The translations under genes were made by a program, and so were the position numbers. From Entomortierella parvispora E1425 (Eukaryota; Fungi; Mortierellomycota), in assembly GCA_020891255.1 (NCBI GenBank), contig BQFW01000010.1, positions 1,054,001 through 1,118,000 on the forward strand: DNA of 64,000 nt, written 5' to 3'. Below are positions 12,957 through 25,700 of the stretch, piece by piece. Below the pieces are notes generated by a model, which saw nothing but the letters and a program-made list of their open reading frames with translations, was not told the origin of the DNA and searched no databases. How positions within the stretch are numbered: the stretch's first letter is position 1; every line of letters begins with the position of its first letter.

Positions 12957-13584
12957 TCATACTCCCATAGTCTCAACAGAAAAGTATCGGCTACAGTATT
13001 CTGCATCTGTTACAAGGAGTGGACCATATAATACTCTACCTATATCTTTAGTAGTGTCTGTAGCTGTCACTGTGTGGCTGTTGATGTTGCAGCAATGGAA
13101 GATGGACGCTCGGCAAAGATCAAGCTTGTGCAGAAGGACCTGAATCGCAGCATCCGCAGGCTGCTTCCCTGAATGATGAGCTTGGTCAGGTGAGCTCTTT
13201 CGGAAAGGCAAGAACTTGTCAAATACGTTCAGGTTGTCGATTGTCCCTCCTTCGACCTGGTAATGTCGATTGATCCTCTCAATCTCAGAATTCGTCAAAT
13301 CATCCCAATGCTGCAAACGTGGATTGGTTCTCATGTCAGCCGTTGTACGATTGCAAGATGCAAGGTCATACCCCTTCGAGCGGCGTATTTTTGACACGTA
13401 AAAGAGAGTCAACTTCCCTTAAGAGGTAAGAGAGGGAAAAAAGGGCAATCACACAGGCGGTGGAAAGTCCAATGGCTAGACGGGCTCGCCGTCCGGAAGG
13501 TAGTGTCGTGCATAGCGCTGACAACTCTCTGCTGGAGGAACCGGTGGTATTCTCTTCGTCAGAGGTTCCGGACAAAAGCCACAT
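12957..13584 (-). CDS. Internally truncated SGNH/PC-esterase-like paralog: N-terminal signal-anchor plus C-terminal DxxH segment (mini-gene or pseudogene)
   Basis: ATG at 13584. TM RRARLAIGLSTACVIALFSLSYLL. A possible 61-nt phase-0 intron (13311-13371, GTATGA...GCTGAC...TTTGCAG) would join it in frame to HWDDLTNSEIERIN...SPDQAHHS...LLHKLDLC, giving 188 aa. Confidence 0.5.
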
Positions 13585-14456
13585 GTGTTTCGAGGCGTAG
13601 TTTGAGGGTAGAGGAAGACGTCAGGAAGAGGTGCGCAACGGAGACTTAGAGACGAGAGAAAGAAAGAAAGAGAGTGAATGAGAAGTAAAGAGAAGCAGAT
13701 CAAAAAGACCTTGGGTGAAGATAGCAAAGGGGCGACCAATCTAGCTAGGAATGAGGAGTGCATGGTTGAAAGGTGACACAACCTCACCTTCCTGTCGCCT
13801 CCTGCGTCAGGGCAATGCAGCTAAAAATCAAGAGAAGGCGTAAATGGCGCTTCGCGATGATCATCCTCCAGCTCTTTTATATGAGCTCAATCACAAGGAC
13901 AATCAAGGGTTGGCTCCCATGTCGGGCTGGATTGAGGTTGTCCATATTGGATTGATGGGGGATGATGGGGGTAAGTGATTGAGGTAAGGATAAGAATGAA
14001 AACAAGAATGGCACCCATGTCGCGCTCTTCGCCCTCGTGGGGCACCATTTTTCTTGAGAAAGATATATAAGCGCGTTGGTCTCTTGTGGAGCAAGCGGGG
14101 GGCTCAATCCCAGTATGTGCGCGACCCATCTCTGCTGTACGTTCCCTTGAGTTTGTTCTTCCAGTCCCAAGACCAGCTACGTCGAGGTTCTCCGTACTCC
14201 TGCTCGTCCCGGCTATCTGGATGGCTGCGGCAACGATGTCATAATCACAACTTTGGACCGTTGGATTTCTGGCAGTCACAAGTTCAACCAAGAACGAAAG
14301 AGAGCGCATGCATGGTCTCTGCAAGTTTTTTGCATCTCTCCATTCCAAAGAAAAAAACTTCTCATCTGCCCCCGATTTCTTTTATACCCTCAATCCTTCA
14401 CATGCTACTTTTCTTACACTGAGACCTGTTCTGCAACGTCCCTGCCACTCTATACC

Positions 14457-15488
14457 ATGTCCCTCGAAAAGATCCTCACTTCCGTCCCAAATTCAAAGAT
14501 CCCTCCCCATCATACCCTTACCTCGCTGTCTCTCACACACGTCCAGTTCAGCGACACTGATATCTATTCCAAGATCTTTGCCCATCTTACACTTTCTCCA
14601 TTGGCTATCACGTGTGGAATCATCGCCACTGTCCTTACAACAAGAGATCTGACAGTTATTCTAATGCTGATCGGGCAACTCTTGAACGAATGCACTAATT
14701 TTGTGCTCAAGCGACTTGTAAAACAAGCCCGACCAACAGGTACCGTCGACAATCTTCAAATAGAACAAAACCATGCTCTCGAGATATGTGTACGTGTTCT
14801 TGTAGACTCTGGTACGACCCAATTGCCCTCTCTCACTCCCTTTTCACTCCCTCTCTTTGACGGGAATGCAGAATATCTCGGCGATGGATACGGGATGCCT
14901 TCTAGTCACTCGCAGTTCATGGCCTATTTTGCAACATACGTCATTATTCTCATGTTCCGATGGTAGGTGTCTATGGGTCGAAGCCCGGGAGACAGATCCA
15001 ACTGCCACCTCCTCTTCCCCGGATAACAGCATGCTAAATTGCTATTTCTGTCATCACTCTGCAGGGGCTACAATGGCGGTGTGAGCCCAATAGTCGTCAC
15101 TTGCTTTGTCCTCCTCTGGTCTTCACTGGTGATATACTCGAGGTAAGGGCACAATCTTGGACGCCCTTCCAAGCAACAACTGGCACCCACCACTTCTCCG
15201 CCGATCAACTAACCCCCACTGTCTCCTGTCAACTACAGAGTCCATCTCTTCTACCACACATGGCAACAGGTCGTTGCTGGTACTCTCTGCGGAGTGGCAT
15301 TCGCGACAGGCTATTACTTTTTCGTCAATCGATTTCTGCGATCTAAAGGATTGATGGACTGGATGCTCGACAACCCCTTTGGTCAATGGGCCTATCTTCG
15401 TGATGTGGAGCAAATGGACCATATCTATCGTTGGGAGCGAGAACAGTTTGATTTGTGGCGCAACGCCGGCCTTGGCAAAGCAAACTAG
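14457..15488 (+). CDS. CAX4: Dolichyl-diphosphate phosphatase (PAP2 family, Cax4/DOLPP1)
   Basis: SLSLTHVQF, GQLLNECTNFVLKRLVKQARP and GYGMPSSHSQFM. A later exon reads LHYHTWQQV-like; the gene ends in GLGKAN*. Confidence 0.88.
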
Positions 15489-15633
15489 ATACCCCCGCCA
15501 AAACAACATTGTACAAAACTTCAGAATAGACCGATTCCTTTTTGCATGTTTATGGACTGCCTGAACACAAGGAACGAGAAAGAGACAGGGAAAAAAAATA
15601 TGGGGTATGCACGGTTGGGGGGAATTGTACCTC

Positions 15634-16766
15634 TCAAGAGGCAGTGGATTTGAGACCCACAGCAGTGGAGAGAGAGCTCCAAACGTTGGCAAGGAAGCTG
15701 GTCTGCATCGCTGTGAGTTCCTCCTGGTTTGCCCCGCTCACGTTGGACTGCAGTCCTTGTCGAAGGGCTGCCTTTTCACGCTCCAGATCTACCAAGTTCT
15801 CAACCTGCTCCTCAGCGGTCATAGACGTGCCCTCGAGCTCACTATCAAACTCGCAAAACATATCAATGTTCCTCAGGAACGTGTCCTTAGCCTCCTGGAT
15901 AATCTGTTCTCTCAGGGTGTCATCCACCTCGATCTGGTTGAGGCGCTTTCGGAACATCTCCTTGAACATGTCGTTGTCTTCGATCAAGGGGAAATGATAA
16001 AAGGCCACACCTTGATCCTCGGGCAGGTCGTTGAACTTTTGCAATCGTTTGGCCAAAACCTGACCACCTGAGAGATCGCCCAGGTAGCGGACATAGGCAT
16101 GGGCAGCTAAGAGCTCTGGTGTGGGTGAGGAAGCACATCGTTGGATCGCGTCGATATAGGCCCGTTGTGCGGGTGTGATCGTCTGGATCATCTCGCGCCA
16201 CTGAGGCCCGTTAAAGAACTCGAGATCCTGCTCCAGCGCAGCCTTGCGGGAGAGCTCCCGTGGGAAATAGAGCAGGGCCAACTGGGCATTTTCCCTGTGT
16301 TCGTCAAGTGCCTGTTCAAGAGCACTGAGTTTAAAGGGAAGAGAAGAGGGCATTCGTCAGGACTTACTGTTCGTTTTGCTCACAATCACACCTTCACCTC
16401 CTCTCCACTCCACTGCCTAGCTGCCTGCCCATCTTCCATTCAGTCAGGAGGGACGAGTGAGGACTGTGATGTAGATGATGATATAAACGTTACTTGTAAA
16501 CTTGATACAGCGATACGAGGAAACGTCCGTAAGTAGCCAGAGAAACTTCGCCCTTGAAGAAATATCTTTTCAAAGTGGGTGTTATCAGATCAAACAAACA
16601 AAAAAAAAGATAACGCCGTTAATCTTGAGTGACGCTTGGACCCCTTCTCACTCATCAGGCGACTCCCAGGACTGAAGTCGAGGACTTACTTCATGAACTT
16701 TGAGCGACCAGCCTCGGCATGAAGGACCTTGGTGCCATCCTTAAGCTCAGCAGCGAGAAGCGGCAT
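15634..16766 (-). CDS. HMX1: Heme oxygenase
   Basis: LAAELKDGTKVLHAEA (proximal His), LLAAHAYVRYLGDLSGGQ, GVAFYHF, IIQEAKDTFLRNI and a hydrophobic C-terminus. Confidence 0.9.
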
Positions 16767-17154
16767 TGTAAAAGTAGGAAAAACCGAGGAGGAGAAAGGA
16801 AAGGAATTGCTGCGGAGCGGGGTATTGAAGAACGTGTGGTGTTGCGGCGAAATTGAACGGAAGATGTGTGGAAAAGAGGGAAGGATGAGGGCGTTGAGGA
16901 AAAGAAAAGAGAAGAGAAGAGAAAGAGACAAAAATGGCGACATTCTACCCACTTTTTATCACCACCAGGTGAAGGATTGGTCCTCCATGCCACCCTGTAG
17001 GCGTCGACTAGCTCGCCTCTGTTAATGAGCCCCGCTTCACTCTTTCTCATTTGCTCCCCCCACTTCACTGCTGACTATTCCCAAAATGTTAGAGAAAGCT
17101 GGGACCATCGTGCCTCCTTCCCTCCCCCTTTTTTTTTTTTTTTTTTTTTTTTTC

Positions 17155-17355
17155 ATGACTTTTGTCCAAAAATTCTCCGATTGGCTGGCTCGCCGTATTG
17201 GCGGACTGCAGCCTAGCCCAAAGTCGAAGGGATCCTCTCGCCACTTAGTCGCTGGATACATCACACTGGGTGTCCTTGTGATTATGTCGCTGAAGGCAAA
17301 ACCACATCCATATTCTCCTTTGGTAGGTATTATCGACACCCTGACATTCCTCTGA
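17155..17355 (+). CDS. Possible 66-aa single-pass membrane microprotein
   Basis: MTFVQKFSDWLARRIGG...RHLVAGYITLGVLVIMSLKAK. Its stop lies 35 bp from the convergent SLX9 stop. No recognised homolog. Confidence 0.3.
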   Translation: MTFVQKFSDWLARRIGGLQPSPKSKGSSRHLVAGYITLGVLVIMSLKAKPHPYSPLVGIIDTLTFL

Positions 17356-17389
17356 AAATGATGCAAAAGTTTGTATTGTACAAGGCAGA

Positions 17390-18251
17390 TTAATCCTCCA
17401 TAAGCTCGGGAGCACCGGCGACAGTTGGTTCTGGGGGGGCCATCTCCATGGTATTTTTGACATGCTGCTGAATAGTCAATAAGGGGTTGCTCTTGAACGC
17501 AGGGTGAGCCAACACGTTCTGAAATCGAAGAATCTCTTGCATACTAATAGGAAGGAAATTGTGATAAATTAATGAACTGAACCCAGGGGCTTCCAACGAT
17601 CGAGCACTGACCCTTTGCCGAGGTTAAGAGTTATATAGAACTTACGCAGCCTTTTTCTTGGCCTTCTTTGACTGCAAGGGCTTTGAAGAGTCTGAATGAA
17701 TGGTAAATTGTTGATGATCAACAGTGGGGGCTGCTGGGACTGCTGTGGGCGCCTTAGACTTGGATTTTGACTTTGTAATGGCAGTAGCAGGGGTGGGCTC
17801 CAGATTGGTGAGGGCGTTGTGAAAGGACCCAAAGTCGACTGAGAGTGTTTGTGGAGCCTTCTTCTTCTTCTTGTCAGGGTTGTAGGTTGCCTCCAATTCT
17901 ATTAGGCAAGCGAATGCAGAGTTAGACATAAATCACCTACAAATTTGCCACCAAAATATGCTCAACTGATCTCCCTCCATGCAAGTGCTTCAAGTCTCCA
18001 TCTCTCCATGGTGCCAATTTTTTTTGCATTGACTACGTACTTGACATCCATTTGTCGTGTCTCATTTTGCGCTTATCCTTCTTGTCGACCTTGTCGTCTT
18101 CAAACTCAAGTCCAAATTGCTCCTTCATTTGCTGCATGGACTCTGCAGTGGCGGCTGGCTTGGGAGCAGCAGCTGTCGAAGTAGCAACAGCCTCCTTGCC
18201 TCCGACAGCTTTGTGATGGATGCGGCTCTTGGATGCTTTAACTTTTGGCAT
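17390..18251 (-). CDS. SLX9: Ribosome biogenesis protein Slx9/FAM207A-like, multi-exon
   Basis: KKDKRKMRHDKWMS and the C-terminal signature EILRFQNVLAHPAFKSNPLLTIQQHVKNT. Confidence 0.8.
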
Positions 18252-18577
18252 GTTGTGGTGTGGATGTGCGGTTGAAAGAGGCGGTTCAATGGGCAAAAAG
18301 CAATGCATGAACTCACAAAAAAAAAGAAAAAGAGCCTCGTAAACACAAGCCACCCATTCGCTCCCACGGCTCTGGAGACCCTTTTGGGCGAAGACACCTC
18401 GCGCTTTGCCTTTACTCTGTCTGTTGAAGCATTCATTGCGTCCCATTCCTTCGACATCCTTGCTCGTCGCCTGCCTGGATTGACCACACGACTACACGCC
18501 CTCTTGACTCAATCATCAAGTCATACATTCCTGCAACTTTACATTCTCTTCAGCCTCGACAACTTCCCTTTTTTACT

Positions 18578-20974
18578 TTGCCACCAACTTTCACCGCCAC
18601 ACTGGAAGGGAAGCACGCTGACACGGCCCCATGCAGGGCTGCAGACGCCCAGCTAGATAATCCAGTCTTGGAGTCACCACAATTGACAGCAGGGATTAAG
18701 AGAAAAGCCTCGCTGGACATCTCACAGACAGTACCAGACCCGATCGCTAAGCTGCCCCGCACTGAGCCTGTGAGCTATGGGACGAGCGTCTTCTTTAAGC
18801 GACCCGTTGTGAAATGCCATGAAAGCTCTGAAGTGAAGGAGGAACCGACCTTGACGGAGCCTCGCCCGATGGTTATTGAACTGACAGACCAAGAAGCAGA
18901 GATCTGCAAAGTTTTGGATGAAGTGGCAAGAGGTTATGAAGTCAAGGAAGGCAAAAGGGTGCAACTTCGTATCGCTGGAGGTTGGGTTCGCGACAAGGTT
19001 AGTCTGCACAGTGGAACATTTGAAAGTGTACGCCCGCCATCAAAACAACAAACCAACTGACGTTCTGCCGCCCATAGCTTCTTGGCCTTTCATGCCACGA
19101 CTTGGATATTGGATTGGACACCATGATGGGTTTCGAATTTGCGACCCTGGTCAACGACTATATGCAATCCCTTGGACATCAAAAACGGACCATCGCCAAG
19201 ATCGCAACAAACCCTGAAAAGTCTAAGCATCTTGAGACTGCCACCATGGTCGTTCTCGGCATGCCGTTGGATTTCGTGAACCTGCGATCCGAGGTGTATG
19301 ACGACGAAAGTCGAATCCCAACAGAAATCGTACGAAACAGCTTGCTGTAGTCGATCTACTTTAGAGTTGCGCCTGAAAGGGTCATCTTTTTAACCAGTTA
19401 ATTTGCCATTTTTTAGACGTTCGGAACACCATCTGAGGACGCGGAACGTCGTGATATTACTGTCAATGCGCTCTTCTACAACATTCACACCCACACTGTC
19501 GAAGACTTTACGGGGAAAGGGCTGCAGGATCTCCAGCAGGGACTGATCCGCACCCCACTCGAACCCTACACTACGTTTTCGCAAGACCCACTGCGAGTAA
19601 TGCGCTGTATCCGCTTTGCATCACGGTTCCATTTTGATATTTCTGAAGAAACAAAACAGGCAATTTTAGACCCGAGGATCAAACAGGTTCTTAAGACTAA
19701 GATTTCCAAGGAGAGAATCGGAGCTGAACTGGACAAGATGATTGATGATGGCGCTGGACGCAGTACTGCAATCAGACTGCTGAATGAGCTGGGGTTGTAC
19801 GACGTTGTTTTCTCTCCGCCAGAACTAAATACAACCGCAAAGGGCACGACAGAGATTGAAGGCGACATGGGGGATATTGATGAAGCATTCAAGCTCGTAT
19901 GGATCTTGGAATGGATACTGAAGATTCATCGCAATCGGGAGATACGAAGCAAGGACAAGGAGAGCATCGGCAAAGTCGAGTATGAATCAGAGACGGACCT
20001 TGAACAAGAGGCACTGTTGCGGCAAATTCGATCGTTTCCTGATTTGGTCAGCCATTTATACCCAGTTGTGACGAGCCAGCCCACGGCTCCTCTCCATATT
20101 CCTCAAATTATCGCCAAGGAAACGGAGCTAGACCCAGTGAAGCTAGGCCAACGAAACCTGATTCTCGCTGGCATGCTTTATCCATATCGAGCTGTGTCTG
20201 CCAAAGTCAACAAGAAGTTCATGCCTGCCGCGTCATGGATATTGCGGTACAGTCTCAAAGGTCGGAATCTAGATATTGATATCGTGACCAAGCTTGTGGA
20301 GAGCCTTGAAGAAGTGCAGCGTGTAGTATCCTCCATTTCAACAGACCCCGCCCCTTCTGATGAGATAGTCCAAAAGGAACGATCAGAAATGGGTATGGTC
20401 ATTCGGGACATTGGATTTATTATTGTCGTGGGCAAAAAGTGGCCATGTGCTTTCATCCTGGCACTTGCAGCGGAGCTTCTTCCGAAGTTTGAGAATCTCA
20501 AGCAAGGTCTTCTTGGTTAGTACATTATTCACTGTGATACAGAAGAAACGGCCAGGCACTTTGGTTTTTCGAACGCACCGATTCTAACAACCAGGTTTTC
20601 ATCATCGTGTTGTGCTCCTAGATGAGGATGTTCGATCGACCATTGCAAAGTACAATTCGTTTCTTTCAAAGGCAGAGTCGTACAAGATCCAGCACTGCTT
20701 TGGCTGGAAGTACCTCGTCGATGTAAGCATCTCATCTCTTGCTTTTTGTTTATGGCGTACCTATCACGTTTTTTTATTGACCCCGCAGGTTGCACCATGA
20801 CCACTCAATTGTCCCATGTAGGGAAAGGAATTGACTAAGCTTCTACAAATTCGAGCAGGACCAAAAATTACAGACTATCTTCGAACTTTGATGAGCTGGC
20901 AACTTCGACACCCAGAAGCGTCCAAGGAGGAGTGTCAACAGTGGATATTGAGGCACACCGATGAATTCCCATAA
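18578..20974 (+). CDS. CCA1: CCA tRNA nucleotidyltransferase, multi-exon; first in-frame ATG at 18869, open upstream extension
   Basis: LRIAGGWVRDK, DLDI, NPEKSKHLETAT, DFVNLRSEVY, FGTPSEDAERRDITVNALFYN and DPLRVMRCIRFASRF. The last exon GKELTKLL...WILRHTDEFP ends at stop 20972-20974. Confidence 0.93.
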
Positions 20975-21924
20975 TTAAACATGCCCCACAGAGAGTTCCT
21001 TCTTATTCTCCCGTGACCCTCTTGTGATTACAGTGATATCCTTCCTGGGTGGATGCATGATCGTGGGTAGGGGAGATGAGGATCGCCAACTGCGTCGATG
21101 ATTGGACCAGGAGTTCATTTCAAGATAGGAATCGTCCTGACCTTCGCCTTCTTTGTTACTGCTGATACTATCAACAAGCTGACCTTACTTGCAACACGAC
21201 GATGAGGAAAGCAAATAAAGAAAGCTGCCAAAGGGGCCTAGTAGACCAGCAAGGTAAAAGGGTACAATCGATAAGATGATATCGCTTGGGACGAGATGGA
21301 ACATGAGTGGCGATCAATTGCATTGATCGGGCGTGGGGTGGATTATCGTTCACTTTGACAGTTGCAGCGAAGCAAAGCCTGTCAAGCAAGCTGACAAGGG
21401 CGGGCAACAGACAGAGACAGAGGTGGCGAGAAAAAGACACCGGGTGTCTACTTTCGGTCTCTTCATGCATTGTTATGAAAAAATTATATAAAAAAAAAGA
21501 AACAGGCTGGTGTTGCGATGTTTATGTCCGCTGGTGCATTGGCGGGAGTCTGTGTGTTGTGTTTGTTATTGTTTTCTCGCCTTTGTCAGGGTGAGCAAGA
21601 CAGAGCTGTTGAGAAGCAGCCCTTTTCCTTTCCCGCCAGGCACAAAAGAGTGAAGAAATGGAGAAAGTACTAGGTCGGTGCCACTTATTGTCATATTGTG
21701 GCACTCCGTATCGGGGGGTTTTCCGGTCTGTGCGGGTGATTGTCGCCTTGTCAAGGCTGATGGCGCACTTTGTAGAAAGAGCGACAAAGAGAAGGAAGGC
21801 GAACCAATGGCAGTCAGACGGCAAAGGGAGTGTTGTTGACTCTTTGCTGTTTGCATAAGAGAACCATCGGTGAACACGGCCAATGGATCGCAGGAATAAC
21901 AAAACGCAGGAAGCCACATTATGC

Positions 21925-21952
<28 letters not shown>
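21925..21952. repeat. (TG)14 microsatellite
   Basis: Direct reading of the sequence. Confidence 0.95.
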
Positions 21953-21955
<3 letters not shown>

Positions 21956-22759
21956 GGTCAGGTTGGCTTGCTGTCTCTGCCCGCCTGTGCTGCACAAAGA
22001 AAGAAAAAACGAAAAAAAGAACAACAAAGCAGCAGGCTTCGGATTGGGGCAGGGTGTGTTGTCATGAATGGCATGGCCAGGTGGCGGCATGGGATCGGAG
22101 GGGATGAGCGAATTCCAGTTCTGTCCGGTCGCTGGGGTGTGCGAATGAGATTCCCCTTCCATGGGACTTCAATGGCCGCCTTGCCCACTCTTTCTTTTCT
22201 TCCTGCTCCTCTCCTTTTGCGCTGAGCACGAAGCCCAGTTACTACCGACACTACCGCTGCTATTGCTCCTTTCTTCTTCCAGCCCGCCATTCCACGACCT
22301 CTTCACCCATCCTTCTCATCCTCATTGCACTCTTCATCTCGTCTCTGCAGCTCGAAAGCGTGTCCTTAGCCGCACAGGCAGGTACCGTCCCTCTCCCCCG
22401 CAGCGATAATCCTCCGACGCGCCCTTTTTTTTTATCATACTCCAACAAGAAAAAAAATAAGCGCGACGACGCGATTTTTTTTTTCTCTTTTAAATTTTAT
22501 TCTCGTCTCCATGACTCCATGATTCTGAACGTCGCCTCCTCTTTCTCTTTTTTCTCTCTTCCCCTCGTTGACTCTACTTGTCGTCTTGTCTCCCCACTTT
22601 CATTTATAATACACACACTCTTTGCTAGTCTGACAGTCTGACAGACTGACTAACTCTGACACATATCAACCTTACACTTGCCTAAACAGCTACTGCAATT
22701 TCCAACATTCGACACAACGTAGAGATCAGCCTCTCGTTGACCCTCTTTCACAGGCAAAC

Positions 22760-25700
22760 ATGTCTTCATCCGCTAGCACCCAAACAGGACTTGCGATGAT
22801 GAGCCATGGTCCTGTCCCGCAACACCGTGGATTTGATCACTTGTCCCATCCGCAGATGCAACAGCAACAGCAGCAACAGAAACAATCTCTGTGCCAGCCA
22901 CACCCACAGCAGCGACAGCGACATCAGTCTGGATCAAACAATGTGGAGGGCGGGAAGCGACCACATCAACAACAGCACCATCAGGAGCAACAACAGAGAG
23001 GCGAGCGACAGCGTGGTCGCACCAACAGCAACAGTGGCAACCACAGTCAGTATGCCTCCAAATTCAGCAACTCCAACAGTAACATTATCCACCAGCTGTC
23101 TCCAAAGGCTGGCCGTAGTCAGCAGCACAGGACGACGACAGCAGTGGCGTCAGCAATGGCAACGCTTGCTCATGTGGGTGCCGGTGGGCTTGGTCTGACC
23201 TCTCCTCGCCAGCCCTCAACTACTGATAGCAGCAGTGCTTACGGCGTCTCCAACAACCACTCTTCCTCTACTACGACTACGTTTTATTCTGGTGTCAAGC
23301 TGGCGCCCCCAGTCCTCAGCGCAAGCGTGATAGCGTATCCTTTGATGGAGCAGCAACAGCAACAGCACCATACCAAAGGCTTGGATCCAAAGACGTGGTA
23401 TACCATTCAGGTGCAACCTTGTAACCTCATCCTACCCTCGGCGACCTCTGCTATAACTGGTGGAACATCTCAGGCCAGACTCGACCCAAAGTCTGTCACC
23501 TCCATCCGCAGAAAGCCATACAGGATCTATCGACGATACGAAGATGTAGTCGACTTTTCAGATCAACTGGAGGAGGAGTTTTCAGAACTGATTGCACCAC
23601 ATCTGTCTTCCGCATCGATGCCGTCGGCTGCAGTTTCCAACGTCGTTAACGTAAGCGCAACCCCAAAGCAATTGACCATGGTCGCATTTCTCTTCCTCTC
23701 CGTTCCTTTTTTTCCCTCTCTTTTCCTCTCTTTTGCTCGATTTTCCTCTTCCCTTGCATACAGGTGCACAGGCTCAGCGGCGCACACTCTTCCTTGCTCC
23801 TAGCAAAAACAAAAAAAGAAAAAAATCGCGCTTTTTTCATTAGGCAATTGGGGGGCGAGGCCGTTTGCTGCATTGCTGGATAGGTTTCTATTTTCCGCTT
23901 ATTGTTCATCTTCATCTTGTTGCCTGTTGTGCTAGATCCCTGCTATTCAACTCCTGTCGTTTTATTGTTCGGCCTCACTGGGCTATTTTCCTGGTTTTCC
24001 CTTCTTTTTGACTTTCCGCAAACCCTTGCAGGACCCCCCTTGAAATCGCTGCAGTGTATCTCTTTCCTGCTTTCTGAGAAACGTGAACTTTCCTTGCTGA
24101 AAGGGAGATATGACAAAGAAAAATGAGAGGGGGATGAAAAAAGACAAAAGCACGGATCAGGCACCCTAAAATAACAGCTCTTTCAATGGACATGATAGTC
24201 AAAGCGGAGTGTTTTGTAAGCATCAGAGTAACGTGGAGACTGAGAAGTAACGCGATGCACTAGATCTCGAAAAATGAGCAATTGGGGAGGGAAGGGGGGT
24301 AAAGTGTCATTTTGAGTGCTTGGGTTGGTTAGGGGGTTGTTTGCAAAATGGGCGTAGGTGCGTCCTAAATGCAATTAGCTAACGACAACCTGCAGCCAGA
24401 CCGTCGACAAACGCACGATCCAGGCTCGTGGAGTGCACAGGTGTCGATTCAGGACTTTGGAAGAACAAATCACTTTCCCCTCTCCTACTGCGACTCTCCT
24501 TTCGAACAGCTCTGGAAAAAATGCTGTCTTGAAACAATACGGAAAACAGCCTTGAAGAAAAGGGTGCACAAACACACACAAATCCTGGGAAGAACTCCTC
24601 TCCTATACTTTCTGCTTTGCCATAGCTATTTTTTTTTTTTTTTTTTTTTGTCTCTGGCACTTTGTTCTTTTATCTGTCCTTCTCCTTAACTTTGTGTTCT
24701 TTGGTCCATGGACAGGGAGAGGGTGTGTCTGAGTAGACTTTTTTGTTTTGGGTGACTAGCAATTGGGTTTCTCACTGTTGTTGAATCGCGTTCCCTTTTT
24801 CTTTTATTGCAATGTAGGAGAACGGCACGCACGGGACTCTCGCGCACAAAGGGGACCCTTCTTCGACTGCGGTCTTGGATTCAATCGGTGGACACAGCCT
24901 TGGTGTAGCGGGAAATCACCCCATGGTCACAACATCCGCAACCCCTGCATCGACATCCGCGCCCCACGACCCAACAGGAACAGGGGTATTGGACCATAGG
25001 AATGCAATGGTCACTTTGCCCCGATTGAGATCAAAACTAGTCTTGTTTGCGACCAAGGCTTCCTGTTTGCAGCGCAAGGAGGAGTTGGATCGATATTTGG
25101 CAGAACTTTTTGCCCTTGGACCAATCATGGCCCAGTCGCGACTTGTTGCCGAGTTCTTTGGGATCTGGAAGACAGACATGGAGATGCATCTCAGTCAAGA
25201 AGACCGGGACCCGCTGGCCCTGCATTCTGGAATCACGACTACGCCTACAGCTGGTGTTGACGCTACTGGCACTTGCGCTGGTACCGCGGTGGCTGAGACA
25301 GCGGTATCTCAGACTGGTGCGGGAGTATTACCTGCCCTATCTAACGGCACAAAGGACTGTAAACAAAGCCAAGGATCGGGTGCGAGCAGGGTGCACACGA
25401 GAGACCCATCAAGCAGGACGGAGGACGGAAACAAGGTTAATGAAGAGGAGCTGGGACTGGACGGCAACAACGACATCCTGGCTATCATTAGCGCAGCCTT
25501 GCATCCCAGCTCGACAACCGCCCAAACCTCCCCGTCTTTCTCCTCTTCCTCTTCCTTTTCTTCTTCATCGTCGTCCCACCATCACTCAGCCTCATCTCCT
25601 CCTATGCCATCCTCATCAGTTTTCACAACCACGACTACATTTTTGTCAGCCACCGACAACAAACCAGGGAGACTGCACCTACTTAGCAACACTCGCAACG

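Noticed and set aside
13887-14348. 153-aa - strand ORF upstream of CAX4
   Set aside because: No motifs, no splice support, and it overlaps a probable promoter region.
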